64,000 bases of DNA from Chloroflexota bacterium (GTDB lineage: Bacteria > Chloroflexota > Dehalococcoidia > JACPEP01): NCBI GenBank assembly GCA_016183425.1, contig JACPEP010000041.1, forward strand, positions 3,704-67,703, in the 5' to 3' direction. Of this stretch, positions 38,127 through 47,046 are shown piece after piece. A model generated the notes under the pieces. It made no database searches, had not been told where the DNA came from, and saw only the letters and a list, made by a program, of their open reading frames with translations. The position numbers were made by a program, and so were the translations under genes. Each line of letters begins with the position of its first letter. Position 1 is the stretch's first letter.

Positions 38127-38651
38127 GTGGTAAAGGACTACCAGGGGAATCTACTGGGACAGGGGCTCCGCTTTGGCGTGGTAGTGTCCCGTTTCAACCA
38201 TTTCATCACCGCCAAGCTGCTGGAAGGAGCCACCGACGCTTTGATACGCCACGGCGTTAGGGATGGCGACATCGAAGTCGCCTGGGTGCCGGGCTCCTTT
38301 GAGATACCCATGGCCGCCAAAAAAATGGCCGCCACCGGCAACTATGCCGCCATCATCTGCCTGGGGGCCGTCATTCGCGGCGACACGCCTCACTTCGACT
38401 ATATCGCCGCCGAGGTAAGCAAGGGCATCGCCCAGGTGGGCCTGGAGACGGGCGTACCCCTCGCCTTCGGTGTCATCACCACCGACACCCTGGAGCAGGC
38501 CGTGGAGCGGGCAGGCGCCAAGGCCGGCAACAAGGGGTTCGATGCTGCGGTAACCGCCATCGAGATGGCCAACCTGTGGAAGACCCTTTCCCTCCCCCGG
38601 CGTCGCCGAGGGCGACGGCGACAGATTGATCCTCAGTCCATCACCTTATAG
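38127..38651 (+). CDS. ribH: 6,7-dimethyl-8-ribityllumazine synthase with a short basic C-terminal extension
   Basis: [14 protein letters not shown]...[15 protein letters not shown] is the lumazine synthase signature. The C-terminal tail is [10 protein letters not shown]. Confidence 0.9.
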   Translation: MVKDYQGNLLGQGLRFGVVVSRFNHFITAKLLEGATDALIRHGVRDGDIEVAWVPGSFEIPMAAKKMAATGNYAAIICLGAVIRGDTPHFDYIAAEVSKGIAQVGLETGVPLAFGVITTDTLEQAVERAGAKAGNKGFDAAVTAIEMANLWKTLSLPRRRRGRRRQIDPQSITL

Positions 38652-38887
38652 ACCTGATCTCCCCGCCGCACCCTCTCCTGCACCCTGACCCCAATGGACT
38701 GACCGGCGGTGGCCTGAGGCACTGGCTGCCGGTCTATCTCCATGGAAGCCACCGGTTGTTGCACATCGGTGGTGTGCCCTTTAATGTGGATAACGTCTCC
38801 CACCTTCAGGGTGCCCGTCAACTCGATGCCCGCCACCCCCACCCGAGCGAAGTAGTCGCTGATAGTGCCAACTAGCAGCTCTGGCAT
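38633..38887 (-). CDS. small hypothetical protein (84 aa) with a beta-barrel-like sequence
   Basis: Internal ATG at 38887 ([44 protein letters not shown]...). The longer ORF-track version starts inside the repeat-containing intergenic DNA. Confidence 0.35.
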   Translation of the reverse strand: MPELLVGTISDYFARVGVAGIELTGTLKVGDVIHIKGHTTDVQQPVASMEIDRQPVPQATAGQSIGVRVQERVRRGDQVYKVMD

Positions 38888-39061
38888 AAGGCACCGTCCT
38901 TTCCTCTGCCTGCTCTCTCCCCACCCTGTCAGTATATTGGCTTCCTCAATCCTGGTCAATATGAGACTGTTTAACAAAGGGGGAGTCCAGAGGGGACCTT
39001 TGGCGGGGAGTTCGGGGGCACAGCCCCCGAATAGATCTAACCCCCGACGGGGTTCCTTGAA

Positions 39062-39247
39062 CCCCCTTATGGTCATAAACTAAATAAATTGACATCATGT
39101 CATTCTTCGGTCGTCCCCGCCTTGGCGGGGACGACCGAAGAATCTCAATGTGTCTACGAGATTCTTCGCCCGCCTGGGGCGGGCTCAGAATGACAACGAA
39201 GCCTGCCGCTTTTAAGACATAATAATTACTTGATGACCATGAGGGGG
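39062..39247. mobile_element. MITE-like palindromic element with terminal inverted repeats (about 186 bp)
   Basis: Left TIR is CCCCCTTATGGTCAT (39062-39076). Right TIR is ATGACCATGAGGGGG (39233-39247), a 14/15 match. Internal perfect 19-bp stem cattcttcggtcgtccccgcc-ttgg-cggggacgaccgaagaatc and a second hairpin cgcccgcc-tggg-gcgggc. Confidence 0.5.
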
Positions 39248-39353
39248 TTTGGGGGTGATATTAAACACCCTGGTCAACATTGACGTTGAACAACCTTCTG
39301 AATTATAATAGCCTGCCAAGAGAGGCATTCACACTTTTAGAAAGGAGTACGAA

Positions 39354-39740
39354 ATGGAAATTATTTTTCTCATCGGGCGTATCGTGGTCGGCCTGTACTA
39401 CCTGTACAACGGTGTCAATCACTTCCGGATGTACAGCGGGATGGTGCAGTACACCAAGTCGGGGGGCGTGCCCTTGGCCGAGGTGGCGGTGCCCGTTACC
39501 GGGTTAATGCTCCTGGGGGGCGGCCTGAGCATCCTACTGGGGATTTACCCCCTAGTTGGCGTCGCCCTCGGCGTCCTCTTCCTCGTCCCGGTGGCCTTAA
39601 TGATGCACCGCTTCTGGGGCGTGGATCCGCAGACGGCCATGATGCAGAAACCCCACTTTCTGAAGAACATCGCCCTGGCTGGCTCGGCGTTGATGCTCCT
39701 GGCCGTCCCCACCCCTTGGCCCCTCAGCCTGGGGTGGTAA
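39354..39740 (+). CDS. DoxX family membrane protein
   Basis: 128 aa, 4 TM helices, with the DoxX N-terminus MEIIFLIGRIVVGLYYLYNGVNHF. Confidence 0.75.
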   Translation: MEIIFLIGRIVVGLYYLYNGVNHFRMYSGMVQYTKSGGVPLAEVAVPVTGLMLLGGGLSILLGIYPLVGVALGVLFLVPVALMMHRFWGVDPQTAMMQKPHFLKNIALAGSALMLLAVPTPWPLSLGW

Positions 39741-39744
39741 CCGG

Positions 39745-39770
39745 TAGGGGCAGCTCGAGAGCTGCCCCTA
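39745..39770. terminator. GC-rich perfect hairpin between convergent genes (candidate bidirectional terminator; no U-tract)
   Basis: taggggcagct-cgag-agctgccccta: an 11-bp stem with a 4-nt loop between DoxX (+) and rnhA::moaC (-). Confidence 0.35.
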
Positions 39771-39786
39771 CGAAACAGACGCTACC

Positions 39787-40725
39787 CTATTCCAGCACTA
39801 CCTCGCCGCTCTTGCCACCCCTCTTGCGCGCCAGCCGTATCCCTTCGATGCGCATTCCGGGGTCCATGGCCTTGCACATGTCGTAGACGGTCAAAGCCGC
39901 CACCGCCACCGCCGTCAGGGCCTCCATCTCCACCCCCGTCTGGCCCCGGGTCTTGACGGTAGCTGTGATATTCACCCCCGGCCGCTCCTTGTCCAGTTGG
40001 AAGTCCACCGTTACCTGGGTGAGGCGAAGGGGATGACACAAAGGGATGAGATGGGGGGTCTCTTTGGCGGCCAGTATCCCCGCCACCTGGGCCACGGAGA
40101 GAACGTCCCCCTTGGCCACCTGGCCCGCCTCGATAGCGCGAAAGGTCTCCGCCATCATGAGAACAGTCCCCCGGGCCACCGCCTCCCGCTCCGTCTCCCC
40201 CTTATCCGTCACGTCCACCATACGGGCGCGGCCCTGACTGTCCAGGTGGGTTAGCCCGGGCACCCCCTGATGAGATAGAGGGGAAACCTCCCCCTGGCTT
40301 TGCCCGTTTCCCTCCCTTTGACCGGATGGGGGCCCCGCCATCTCGTTGGCCAGGGCATCGGCCCGTTCGTTTTCCGGATGTCCCGCATGGCCTTTGATCC
40401 ACTGCCAGCGGACGCTGCGATGGGCCACCACCCCGTCCAGCTTCTGCCACAGGTCCAGATTGGCTCGCCGCTTCCAGCCTCGGGTCATGGTGTTGACCAG
40501 GTACTGGCTGTCGCTGTGGACGGTGACCGGGGCACCCTCTGGGGTCTGGGCCAGGCCATTGATGGCCGCCAAAATCTCCATGCGGTTGTTAGTGGTGTTT
40601 GCCTCCCGGCCCTTAATTTCTACCTGGTGGTGCGCTTCGGGCGCAACAATGATGGCCGCCCAGCCGCCGGGGCCGGGATTGCCGAGGCAGGCGCCATCCA
40701 CATAGAGGTCGATAATCCCCGTCAC
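39787..40725 (-). CDS. in-frame fusion of ribonuclease HI (N-terminal) and cyclic pyranopterin monophosphate synthase MoaC (C-terminal)
   Basis: RNase HI motifs [20 protein letters not shown]...[12 protein letters not shown]...HSDSQYLV...[17 protein letters not shown] linker follows, then MoaC ([29 protein letters not shown]...LIPLCHPL...[23 protein letters not shown]). No stop codon separates them. A probable GTG start at 40725 directly follows the moaA stop. Confidence 0.7.
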   Translation of the reverse strand: MTGIIDLYVDGACLGNPGPGGWAAIIVAPEAHHQVEIKGREANTTNNRMEILAAINGLAQTPEGAPVTVHSDSQYLVNTMTRGWKRRANLDLWQKLDGVVAHRSVRWQWIKGHAGHPENERADALANEMAGPPSGQREGNGQSQGEVSPLSHQGVPGLTHLDSQGRARMVDVTDKGETEREAVARGTVLMMAETFRAIEAGQVAKGDVLSVAQVAGILAAKETPHLIPLCHPLRLTQVTVDFQLDKERPGVNITATVKTRGQTGVEMEALTAVAVAALTVYDMCKAMDPGMRIEGIRLARKRGGKSGEVVLE

Positions 40726-41720
40726 CCCCCAATCTGTCTCATGGGCCGTGCGGAGGGGACGAGGCCTTCCTTCAAGCGGTGATGCTCCGGCTTCTCCCAC
40801 ACCGCCCGGGCAAGAAGTGCCTTCAGCTCCTCTTCGGTAGCGCCGTGACGTAATGGCGTTCTCAGGTCTATCTCTCTATCATCCAAGAGGCAGGGGCGCA
40901 GGCGACCATCGGCGGTGAGGCGCATCCGGTTGCAGCCAAAGCAGAAGTGCTCGCTTACCGGGCTGATGAAGCCGATGGTGCCCACCGCCCCCCGGTAGCG
41001 GAAGTAACGGGCGGGGCCGCCGCCCACGGCGGGGTAGTGGGGCTCCAGGGGCCCCAGGACGCTAAGCCTCTCCTGCACCTCCGCCGCGGAGACAAAACGC
41101 TCATCCTCATTGATGGCCTGGCAGGACTCCTCCTCTCCAAAGGGCATCAGCTCGATGAACCGAACGTGCCAGTCCCTGGTCATGGTACTGCGGGCGAAGT
41201 CCAAAACCTCGTCGTCGTTTACGCCCCTGAGCACCACCATGTTTATCTTCACCGGGCGAAGCCCCGCCTGATAAGCGGCTTCAATGCCGGCCAGCACCTC
41301 TGGAAGCCAGGGACGCCCCGTGATCTGACGGAACCGTTCCTCCCGCAGGGTATCCAGGCTGACGTTCACCCGCTTCAACCCGGCCTCCTTGAGGGAGGCG
41401 GCGTAACGCCGTAAAAGGATGCCATTGGTGGTGAGGCCAAGGTCATCCAGACCGGGGATCTGGCCCAGCATGGCGACCAGCTCCAAGATGTCGGCTCGCA
41501 CCAGGGGCTCGCCGCCGGTGAGGCGCACCTTGTGCACCCCCAGCTCCGCCGCCGCCGCCACCACCTGATAAATCTCCTCGTATCTCAGCATCTCCTTTCG
41601 GGGTGCCAGGGATAGCCCCTGGGACGGCATGCAGTAGAGGCATCTCAGGTTGCACCGGTCGGTAACGGAGATACGCAGATAGGTGATGGGGCGGGAGAAG
41701 GAATCGGTAAGGCCGGTCAT
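40722..41720 (-). CDS. moaA: GTP 3',8-cyclase (radical SAM; molybdenum cofactor biosynthesis)
   Basis: Radical SAM motif [10 protein letters not shown] and the C-terminal auxiliary cluster motif [13 protein letters not shown]. Length 332 aa. Confidence 0.9.
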   Translation of the reverse strand: MTGLTDSFSRPITYLRISVTDRCNLRCLYCMPSQGLSLAPRKEMLRYEEIYQVVAAAAELGVHKVRLTGGEPLVRADILELVAMLGQIPGLDDLGLTTNGILLRRYAASLKEAGLKRVNVSLDTLREERFRQITGRPWLPEVLAGIEAAYQAGLRPVKINMVVLRGVNDDEVLDFARSTMTRDWHVRFIELMPFGEEESCQAINEDERFVSAAEVQERLSVLGPLEPHYPAVGGGPARYFRYRGAVGTIGFISPVSEHFCFGCNRMRLTADGRLRPCLLDDREIDLRTPLRHGATEEELKALLARAVWEKPEHHRLKEGLVPSARPMRQIGG

Positions 41721-42322
41721 AGACCGTCTCCCCCAAAGAGTTGGGCCAGGATACGGCGCGCCTTGGCCGCCGCCTTGGCGCGATGGCTCACCTTATTCTT
41801 TTCCTCCATGGGCAGCTCCGCCATGGTCATTCCCAGCTTGGGGAGATAGAAGACAGGGTCATAGCCAAAACCGTGCCCCCCTTTAGGTTGGAAAGCGATG
41901 AGACCACGACACTGCCCGCTGCACAACTCCAGGGTTCCCCGGTCCGAGGCAATGGCGATGACACAGCGAAAGCGCGCCCTCCGCTTGGGCCAGGGAACCC
42001 CTTCCATTTTTCGGAGGAGATAGGCTATCCTCTCCCCGTTGGATACACCAGGGCCGGCGTAGCGGGCGGAGCGCACGCCCGGCTCTCCCCCCAAAGCCTC
42101 CACCTCCAGGCCAGAATCATCGGCCACCGTCACCAGCCCGCTGGCCAGAGCACAAGTAGTGGCCTTGCTGATAGCGTTTTCCTCCATGGTGGCCCCCTTC
42201 TCCGCCATCTCCACCTCCAACCCCTCCTCCTCGGGCGTGGTCAACTGGAGAGGAAGGCCGGTGAAGAGGAGCCGATATTCGGCCACCTTGGCCGCGTTAC
42301 GGGTCGCCAGAAGGAGCTTCAC
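41717..42322 (-). CDS. rdgB: non-canonical purine NTP pyrophosphatase (dITP/XTP pyrophosphatase, RdgB/HAM1 family)
   Basis: N-terminus MKLLLATRNAAKVAEY...DDSGLEVEALGGEPGVRSARYAG and the Ham1 fold pattern. Confidence 0.85.
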   Translation of the reverse strand: MKLLLATRNAAKVAEYRLLFTGLPLQLTTPEEEGLEVEMAEKGATMEENAISKATTCALASGLVTVADDSGLEVEALGGEPGVRSARYAGPGVSNGERIAYLLRKMEGVPWPKRRARFRCVIAIASDRGTLELCSGQCRGLIAFQPKGGHGFGYDPVFYLPKLGMTMAELPMEEKNKVSHRAKAAAKARRILAQLFGGDGL

Positions 42323-42340
42323 AATGGCACGTACTTGTCA

Positions 42341-44329
42341 CTAACTTTCTTTTGGAACAATGTCCCATCGTTTATATTCTCCGGTCATTGTGTCCAACAG
42401 ATGTTCCTGAGCTTCGCTGGTTTGTCTTACCTCTTTCTCAGACTCGGTCTCCAGCTTTTCTGCCAACGTGAGGCATTTATCGAAGTCGTCTTGTATGATC
42501 CAGACACCATGTCTCAACCCGAAAAACGCCGGTGGAGCCGTCTTCTTGTTGTCAATATGCGTCTTTAGATTCTCGAAAAGATCAGCTTGCTTCACGTTGC
42601 GGCCTAACCAACAAGGTATTAGGCAGTTGTCAACCAGGAAGACAGACTCCGCACTCATGTCGGATCCTATGTTAATCCTGTGCTCGATCAACCAAGCCCA
42701 GGCCAGAATATTAACTGGATGAGGGTGCAGAATCCACTCGCGCTGAAGAGCCAGATGGATCGCGTAGGAGAAGGGGGTTTCTTGTGATGGCCGATGAATA
42801 GCCCCTCCCAGGCAGGTGTAGTCGAACTCATACCAAACACCTGGATATTTAGGTTCAGGCTGGCCCGTGCCCTTAACGGCTACGATCATGTTGGATGTCA
42901 GTTGGCTCTTGTCAACGCCCGAGGGTGTGATGAACACCACATCCTTGTCCTTTACCCATCTGCTCACCGTGTTGAAGGGCAGAGCAATCCTTGAATAGCG
43001 CATTTCGAAGAAGCCACTGAAGCATCTGCGACTCGCCTCCGCAACTGCCTTGGCCCCTGCTTCTAAATCACCGATGCTCAACGAATATTTACACGCAAAC
43101 TCACTAGGTTGGAGGAAATTAGGTGGTTCCCTGATGCCATCTGTGAACTTGGTGCCTCCAGTTCGTAGTGGCCCCAACGGCTTTTGGACATCGAGGTTGC
43201 TCTTTAGCTCTTTTATGTCATCCCATAGATAGTTGAGGTTGCAGAGAGCCCGAGCCGAGGCAGTCGGGCCCTTGCCGCTTAAGGTTTGACGGATAGCTTC
43301 AACGAGATCAGGAACTCTTTGTACTGCCAGCCTGGCTGCCAGTTCTCCCAGTTCCTTACCATCATCAACGAATCGGTTGCGAGGGGCTGACCAACTGGCT
43401 GAAAGAGCCTCGGATCTTTCGTCAACGTCAATGTCAGTACGTTGTGTTAGTTCCTTAATCGCATACCACGTGCGGTCTCTGACATAGCCCGCGGGGGGCT
43501 TCCTGTATGTGTACTCTGGCTGGTTGTCTTCTTGCCCCAGCTTCGCTTTGTACGTGGCATAGTTATTTGTAGCACTCTGGAAATGACCGAAGTGTGCCAT
43601 AAGACAATTACTTAGTTGATTGCCTGACCCTCCTATGGTGCGAAGATGAGAATGACTTCTTTCACCGCTACTCTGGACGCCGGGACCTGTTACATAGGAC
43701 TCTCCATGGTCGGGATAGTTGCAGATGATGTAATGGGCGTACATGCTGTAGGCCAAAGCGCCAGCCAACGTTTGGAAGGTGCTGGTTGCTTCGTTGCGGC
43801 AGGGGATTATCAGATGGTCGACCTTACCCCACAGCATGGGTAAAAGCTCTACACTAGTAAAATCGTAGCATACCAGCACGGCGAAGTCGCCGATAGGGGT
43901 GTTGACAAATACCTGGAGCTCTTTTCCGCATTTGGCATGGGCCGCCACTATTTTCTCGTATTGTTCTTCTTTCGGGGAGAGATGTAGCTTTATTTGGTCG
44001 TAATGCTCGCCTGTCGGAAAGTACACCCGGCACTTATTGACGGGTTCGTTTTTAGGGCCAGGCTCAAAGCCTGCTACGATGATGGCGGTATTTTTCTGGG
44101 CAGCCTCCTGTAGTGCTGAATTTATCTCCGTAGATTCCGGAAAGGCGTATTCTGGGAATACTAGAAGCATGCCTGCTTCCTCCTTTTGCAGCCGCTGTAC
44201 TTGTAGTTCCTGCAAGGGCTTTTCCAGGTCTGTCGCCGTTGCGCCTTTCCACTGTGCTAGTATTACCAACACTTCCGAGGCCGGTATCTTTTGGAGATTT
44301 TTCGGGGTGAGCCTCACCTCCGAAGGCAT
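42341..44329 (-). CDS. large multidomain protein in a low-GC island: N-terminal carbon-nitrogen hydrolase (nitrilase superfamily) domain plus C-terminal class II aldolase/adducin-like domain
   Basis: A nitrilase-type E-K-C triad is suggested by LVFPEYAF, QIKLHLSP and AVLVCYDF. The C-terminal VVFITPSGVDKSQLTSNMIVAV...PSQETPFSYAIHLALQ...HPHPVNILAWAW matches the class II aldolase pattern. GC is about 47% against about 64% in the flanks. Confidence 0.6.
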   Translation of the reverse strand: MPSEVRLTPKNLQKIPASEVLVILAQWKGATATDLEKPLQELQVQRLQKEEAGMLLVFPEYAFPESTEINSALQEAAQKNTAIIVAGFEPGPKNEPVNKCRVYFPTGEHYDQIKLHLSPKEEQYEKIVAAHAKCGKELQVFVNTPIGDFAVLVCYDFTSVELLPMLWGKVDHLIIPCRNEATSTFQTLAGALAYSMYAHYIICNYPDHGESYVTGPGVQSSGERSHSHLRTIGGSGNQLSNCLMAHFGHFQSATNNYATYKAKLGQEDNQPEYTYRKPPAGYVRDRTWYAIKELTQRTDIDVDERSEALSASWSAPRNRFVDDGKELGELAARLAVQRVPDLVEAIRQTLSGKGPTASARALCNLNYLWDDIKELKSNLDVQKPLGPLRTGGTKFTDGIREPPNFLQPSEFACKYSLSIGDLEAGAKAVAEASRRCFSGFFEMRYSRIALPFNTVSRWVKDKDVVFITPSGVDKSQLTSNMIVAVKGTGQPEPKYPGVWYEFDYTCLGGAIHRPSQETPFSYAIHLALQREWILHPHPVNILAWAWLIEHRINIGSDMSAESVFLVDNCLIPCWLGRNVKQADLFENLKTHIDNKKTAPPAFFGLRHGVWIIQDDFDKCLTLAEKLETESEKEVRQTSEAQEHLLDTMTGEYKRWDIVPKES

Positions 44330-44370
44330 AGCTATCCTCCTTATATGGTCTCAGTCCAGACTCTTCCCCT

Positions 44371-45424
44371 CTAGATATCTTCGAATCTGCCCTCCAGCCT
44401 TCGCATTATCGAGCCCATAGTGGTGTACTCCATCTCATCCAGGGGCAGGCGGTGAGGCTCGAAGGGGCCGTGGCGCCGCAGGTAGTCCGCGATAAGGTTG
44501 GCCTGATGCCGGGTCTCGTCGAAGCTGGGGTCGTCGAACATATCCCGGGGGCCCACCAGCTTGCCATTGGCCAGTTGGTAGCCCAGGGCGATTACCCGGG
44601 GCGGGCCGTCGAAGCGGCTGGGGTTGGCCGAGGCTACCGCGGTGGGCATCAGCGGGCCGTGATGGGAGCCCCGCATCCACCCCTCCACGATGAAGGGAAG
44701 GCTAAAGGGCTCTAAAACCTCCCCCACGGCCGGGAACTGGTTCTGGCAGCGCACCACACACACCGGGTCGTCCTTGCCCACGTAGCGCCCGGCGATGAGG
44801 CTCAGCCGCTGGGTGGAGGAAACGGCGCCGATCTCTCCCTTCTCTCGATGGTACACCGCCTTCACAGCAAAGCGAGAGGGAGCGCCCATGAACATCAACA
44901 TATGGTAGAGTTCCTCGGGAGCATCGAAGTAGATCTTCTTCGCTGGCCTCGGCAATGACCAGGCCCGCGGTGTTGAAGGGGTCGGCGAACATCTTGTACA
45001 GGGGCAGGTTCCAGGCGCCGGCCGAGGTCTTATCGGCCATAAAGACAATGATAGGCTCTGAGGGCCGCTCCTCAAAGGTCATCTCCGCCACTCCCGGGCC
45101 CATGCCCTTCACGTTGCCGGAAAAAGAGGTAGCTAGCAGGTCCTGGCCAGCCCCATAGAGCTTCAGGCTCCGGGCCAACTCGGTGCACGCCTCGAAGATA
45201 TCCCATGCCCGTTTATGGATTCGGGTATTCTCCTCGCCCTCCTGGTGGGTCATTATCAACTGCAGGTCATCTCCCACCCGGTTCACCTGGCAATCGATGA
45301 GGAGACCTTCGGTCCTGGCCTTCTCCAAAAGCTCTTGGGCCCTCTCTAAGATGGCGGGATGGCTGCTGGAATGGCCTACGTAGCCACCGATGTCCGCCTT
45401 GATGACACTAAAAGTTACCATCAT
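44371..45424 (-). pseudogene. fbp: fructose-1,6-bisphosphate aldolase/phosphatase (archaeal-type bifunctional FBPase class V) split by a frameshift near 44940-44950
   Basis: The N-terminal part (MMVTFSVIKADIGGYVGHSSSHP...LQLIMTHQEGEEN...FNTAGLVIAEA) is in one ORF. The C-terminal part (KKIYFDAPEELYHMLMFMGAPSRFAVKAV...) is in the overlapping -1 frame. Genuine pseudogene versus sequencing error cannot be decided here. Confidence 0.65.
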
Positions 45425-45451
45425 GCCTCCTCTAGAACTTTCGCTACCGTC

Positions 45452-45632
45452 TGCCTCAATAGTCTACCCCCGGCCGGGTCATAAAATAGACCACGAAAAC
45501 CTTCAGGCCATGGCTCGCCGCTCGGAGCACAATGCCCGAGGCTGTGGAGGTTTTCCCCTTGCCGTTGCCGGTGGAAACCTCCACCAGCCCCCTGGTGAAG
45601 GGCAATGGAAGACTATCCTCTTGATCCCTCAT
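45452..45632 (-). pseudogene. N-terminal remnant of cob(I)yrinic acid a,c-diamide adenosyltransferase (CobO/BtuR family), truncated after about 58 aa
   Basis: Minus-strand ORF MRDQEDSLPLPFTRGLVEVSTGNGKGKTSTASGIVLRAASHGLKVFVVYFMTRPGVDY ends at a stop codon. Full-length homologues are about 180-200 aa. Confidence 0.35.
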
Positions 45633-45779
45633 CACCTAAGAGGGCCTTAAAAACGAAAACACCCTACCCCGCGAAAAGAAACCCAACATAGGGTAACGCA
45701 ACCTTCAGAGCTAGTCTAACAGGGCCAAGGAGAGAGTGTCAAGGGCAGCCTAAGGCCGCTATCCACACGCAATATGGCC

Positions 45780-45808
45780 TTGACGCCATCTTGAGTGACT
45801 GATATTAT
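45780..45808 (+). promoter_or_regulatory. putative sigma70 promoter TTGACG-17-TATTAT upstream of the S8 protease gene
   Basis: TTGACG at 45780-45785 and TATTAT at 45803-45808. The listed TTG start at 45841 is only 33 nt downstream, so the true start may be a later in-frame codon. Confidence 0.35.
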
Positions 45809-45840
45809 TTTGGAAACGTAGTGGCCGGTGGAAGGCGACA

Positions 45841-47046
45841 TTGAAGGTATCAAAGCTCAGCCCGCGGCTGGCGGTAGAACTGGATATTGTCGATGCCCAC
45901 GAAGAGATTCCGGTTATCGTGGAGCTGAAGCAGGGAGGGGTGGCTAAAGGGCTGGGCTTGCCAATTCATATGTCTTTTCGCCTCACCCCCACCGTTGCTC
46001 TCACCGCCCTTCGGGACGAGATCTTTCGCTTGACCACCTCCCCCCAGGTGAGCCGCATCTGGCGGGACGTGCCTGTGCACGCCTGCCTGGACGTTTCCGT
46101 GCCTCTAACGGAGGCTCCCTCGGTATGGCGGGAGGGCTTCCTGGGCTCGGGAATCACAGTCGCCATAGTCGATACAGGGGTGGACGCCCAACATCCCGCC
46201 CTGGTAGGCCGAGTGGTGGCTCGCTACGACCTCACCGGCGAGGGGGAAGAGGACAAAAACGGCCACGGAACCCATGTGGCGGGCATCATCGCGGGGACAG
46301 GGGACAAATATAAGGGGATGGCCCCCCAGGCACGGCTAGTGAGCGTTAAAGTGTTGCGACGGGATGGTTCCGGAATGATGACCGGGGTCATGCTAGGAGT
46401 AGAACGGGCTGCGGAAGAAAGAGTGCACGTCATTAACCTGTCCCTGGGCGCCTCTGGGGCCAGCGATGGCACCGATCCCCTGTCCCGAACCTGTGACGCC
46501 GCGGTGGCCCGAGGGGTGGCGGTATGCGTCGCCGCGGGCAATGACGGGCCGGCCCGGGGGACGGTGGGCTCTCCGGGCGCCGCCCGGCGAGTCATCGCCA
46601 TCGGTGCCAGCACCGATGGCGACGCCGTGGCCGACTTCAGCTCTCGAGGCCCCACTGCCGACGGCCGCGTCAAGCCCGACCTTCTCTTCCCTGGCTACGG
46701 CATTATCTCCGCCCGAGCCCAGGGAACGGCCATGGGACGGACAATAGACGACCTCTATACTGAGGCCAGCGGCACCAGCATGGCCACCCCCCATGCCTCC
46801 GGCGCCGTGGCCCTCCTCTTGGAGGCGCGACCGGGCTTGAATCCGGCCCAGGTAAAAGACCTTCTCATCTCTTCCGCCAAAGACCTGGGGCTGTCCCCTT
46901 CGGATCAGGGCGCGGGACGGGCCCAGGTGTATCATGCCTATGGCAGCCCCCTGCGGCCAACTCCAGCCCCCGAGCCAGCTCCCCTGCCAGAGCGGCCGGG
47001 CTGCCTCCCCGGCCTGGTGAGACAGGTCATGGGGGTAGGGGGATGA
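45841..47046 (+). CDS. subtilisin-like serine protease (peptidase S8)
   Basis: Catalytic triad motifs VAIVDTGVD, HGTHVAGIIAG and GTSMATPHASG. Confidence 0.85.
   Translation: MKVSKLSPRLAVELDIVDAHEEIPVIVELKQGGVAKGLGLPIHMSFRLTPTVALTALRDEIFRLTTSPQVSRIWRDVPVHACLDVSVPLTEAPSVWREGFLGSGITVAIVDTGVDAQHPALVGRVVARYDLTGEGEEDKNGHGTHVAGIIAGTGDKYKGMAPQARLVSVKVLRRDGSGMMTGVMLGVERAAEERVHVINLSLGASGASDGTDPLSRTCDAAVARGVAVCVAAGNDGPARGTVGSPGAARRVIAIGASTDGDAVADFSSRGPTADGRVKPDLLFPGYGIISARAQGTAMGRTIDDLYTEASGTSMATPHASGAVALLLEARPGLNPAQVKDLLISSAKDLGLSPSDQGAGRAQVYHAYGSPLRPTPAPEPAPLPERPGCLPGLVRQVMGVGG

Noticed and set aside
39787-40800. Whether the RNase HI and MoaC domains are two separate overlapping genes rather than a fusion.
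   Set aside because: The single reading frame is continuous with no stop and no obvious internal RBS or start for MoaC. It is kept as a fusion but flagged for verification.
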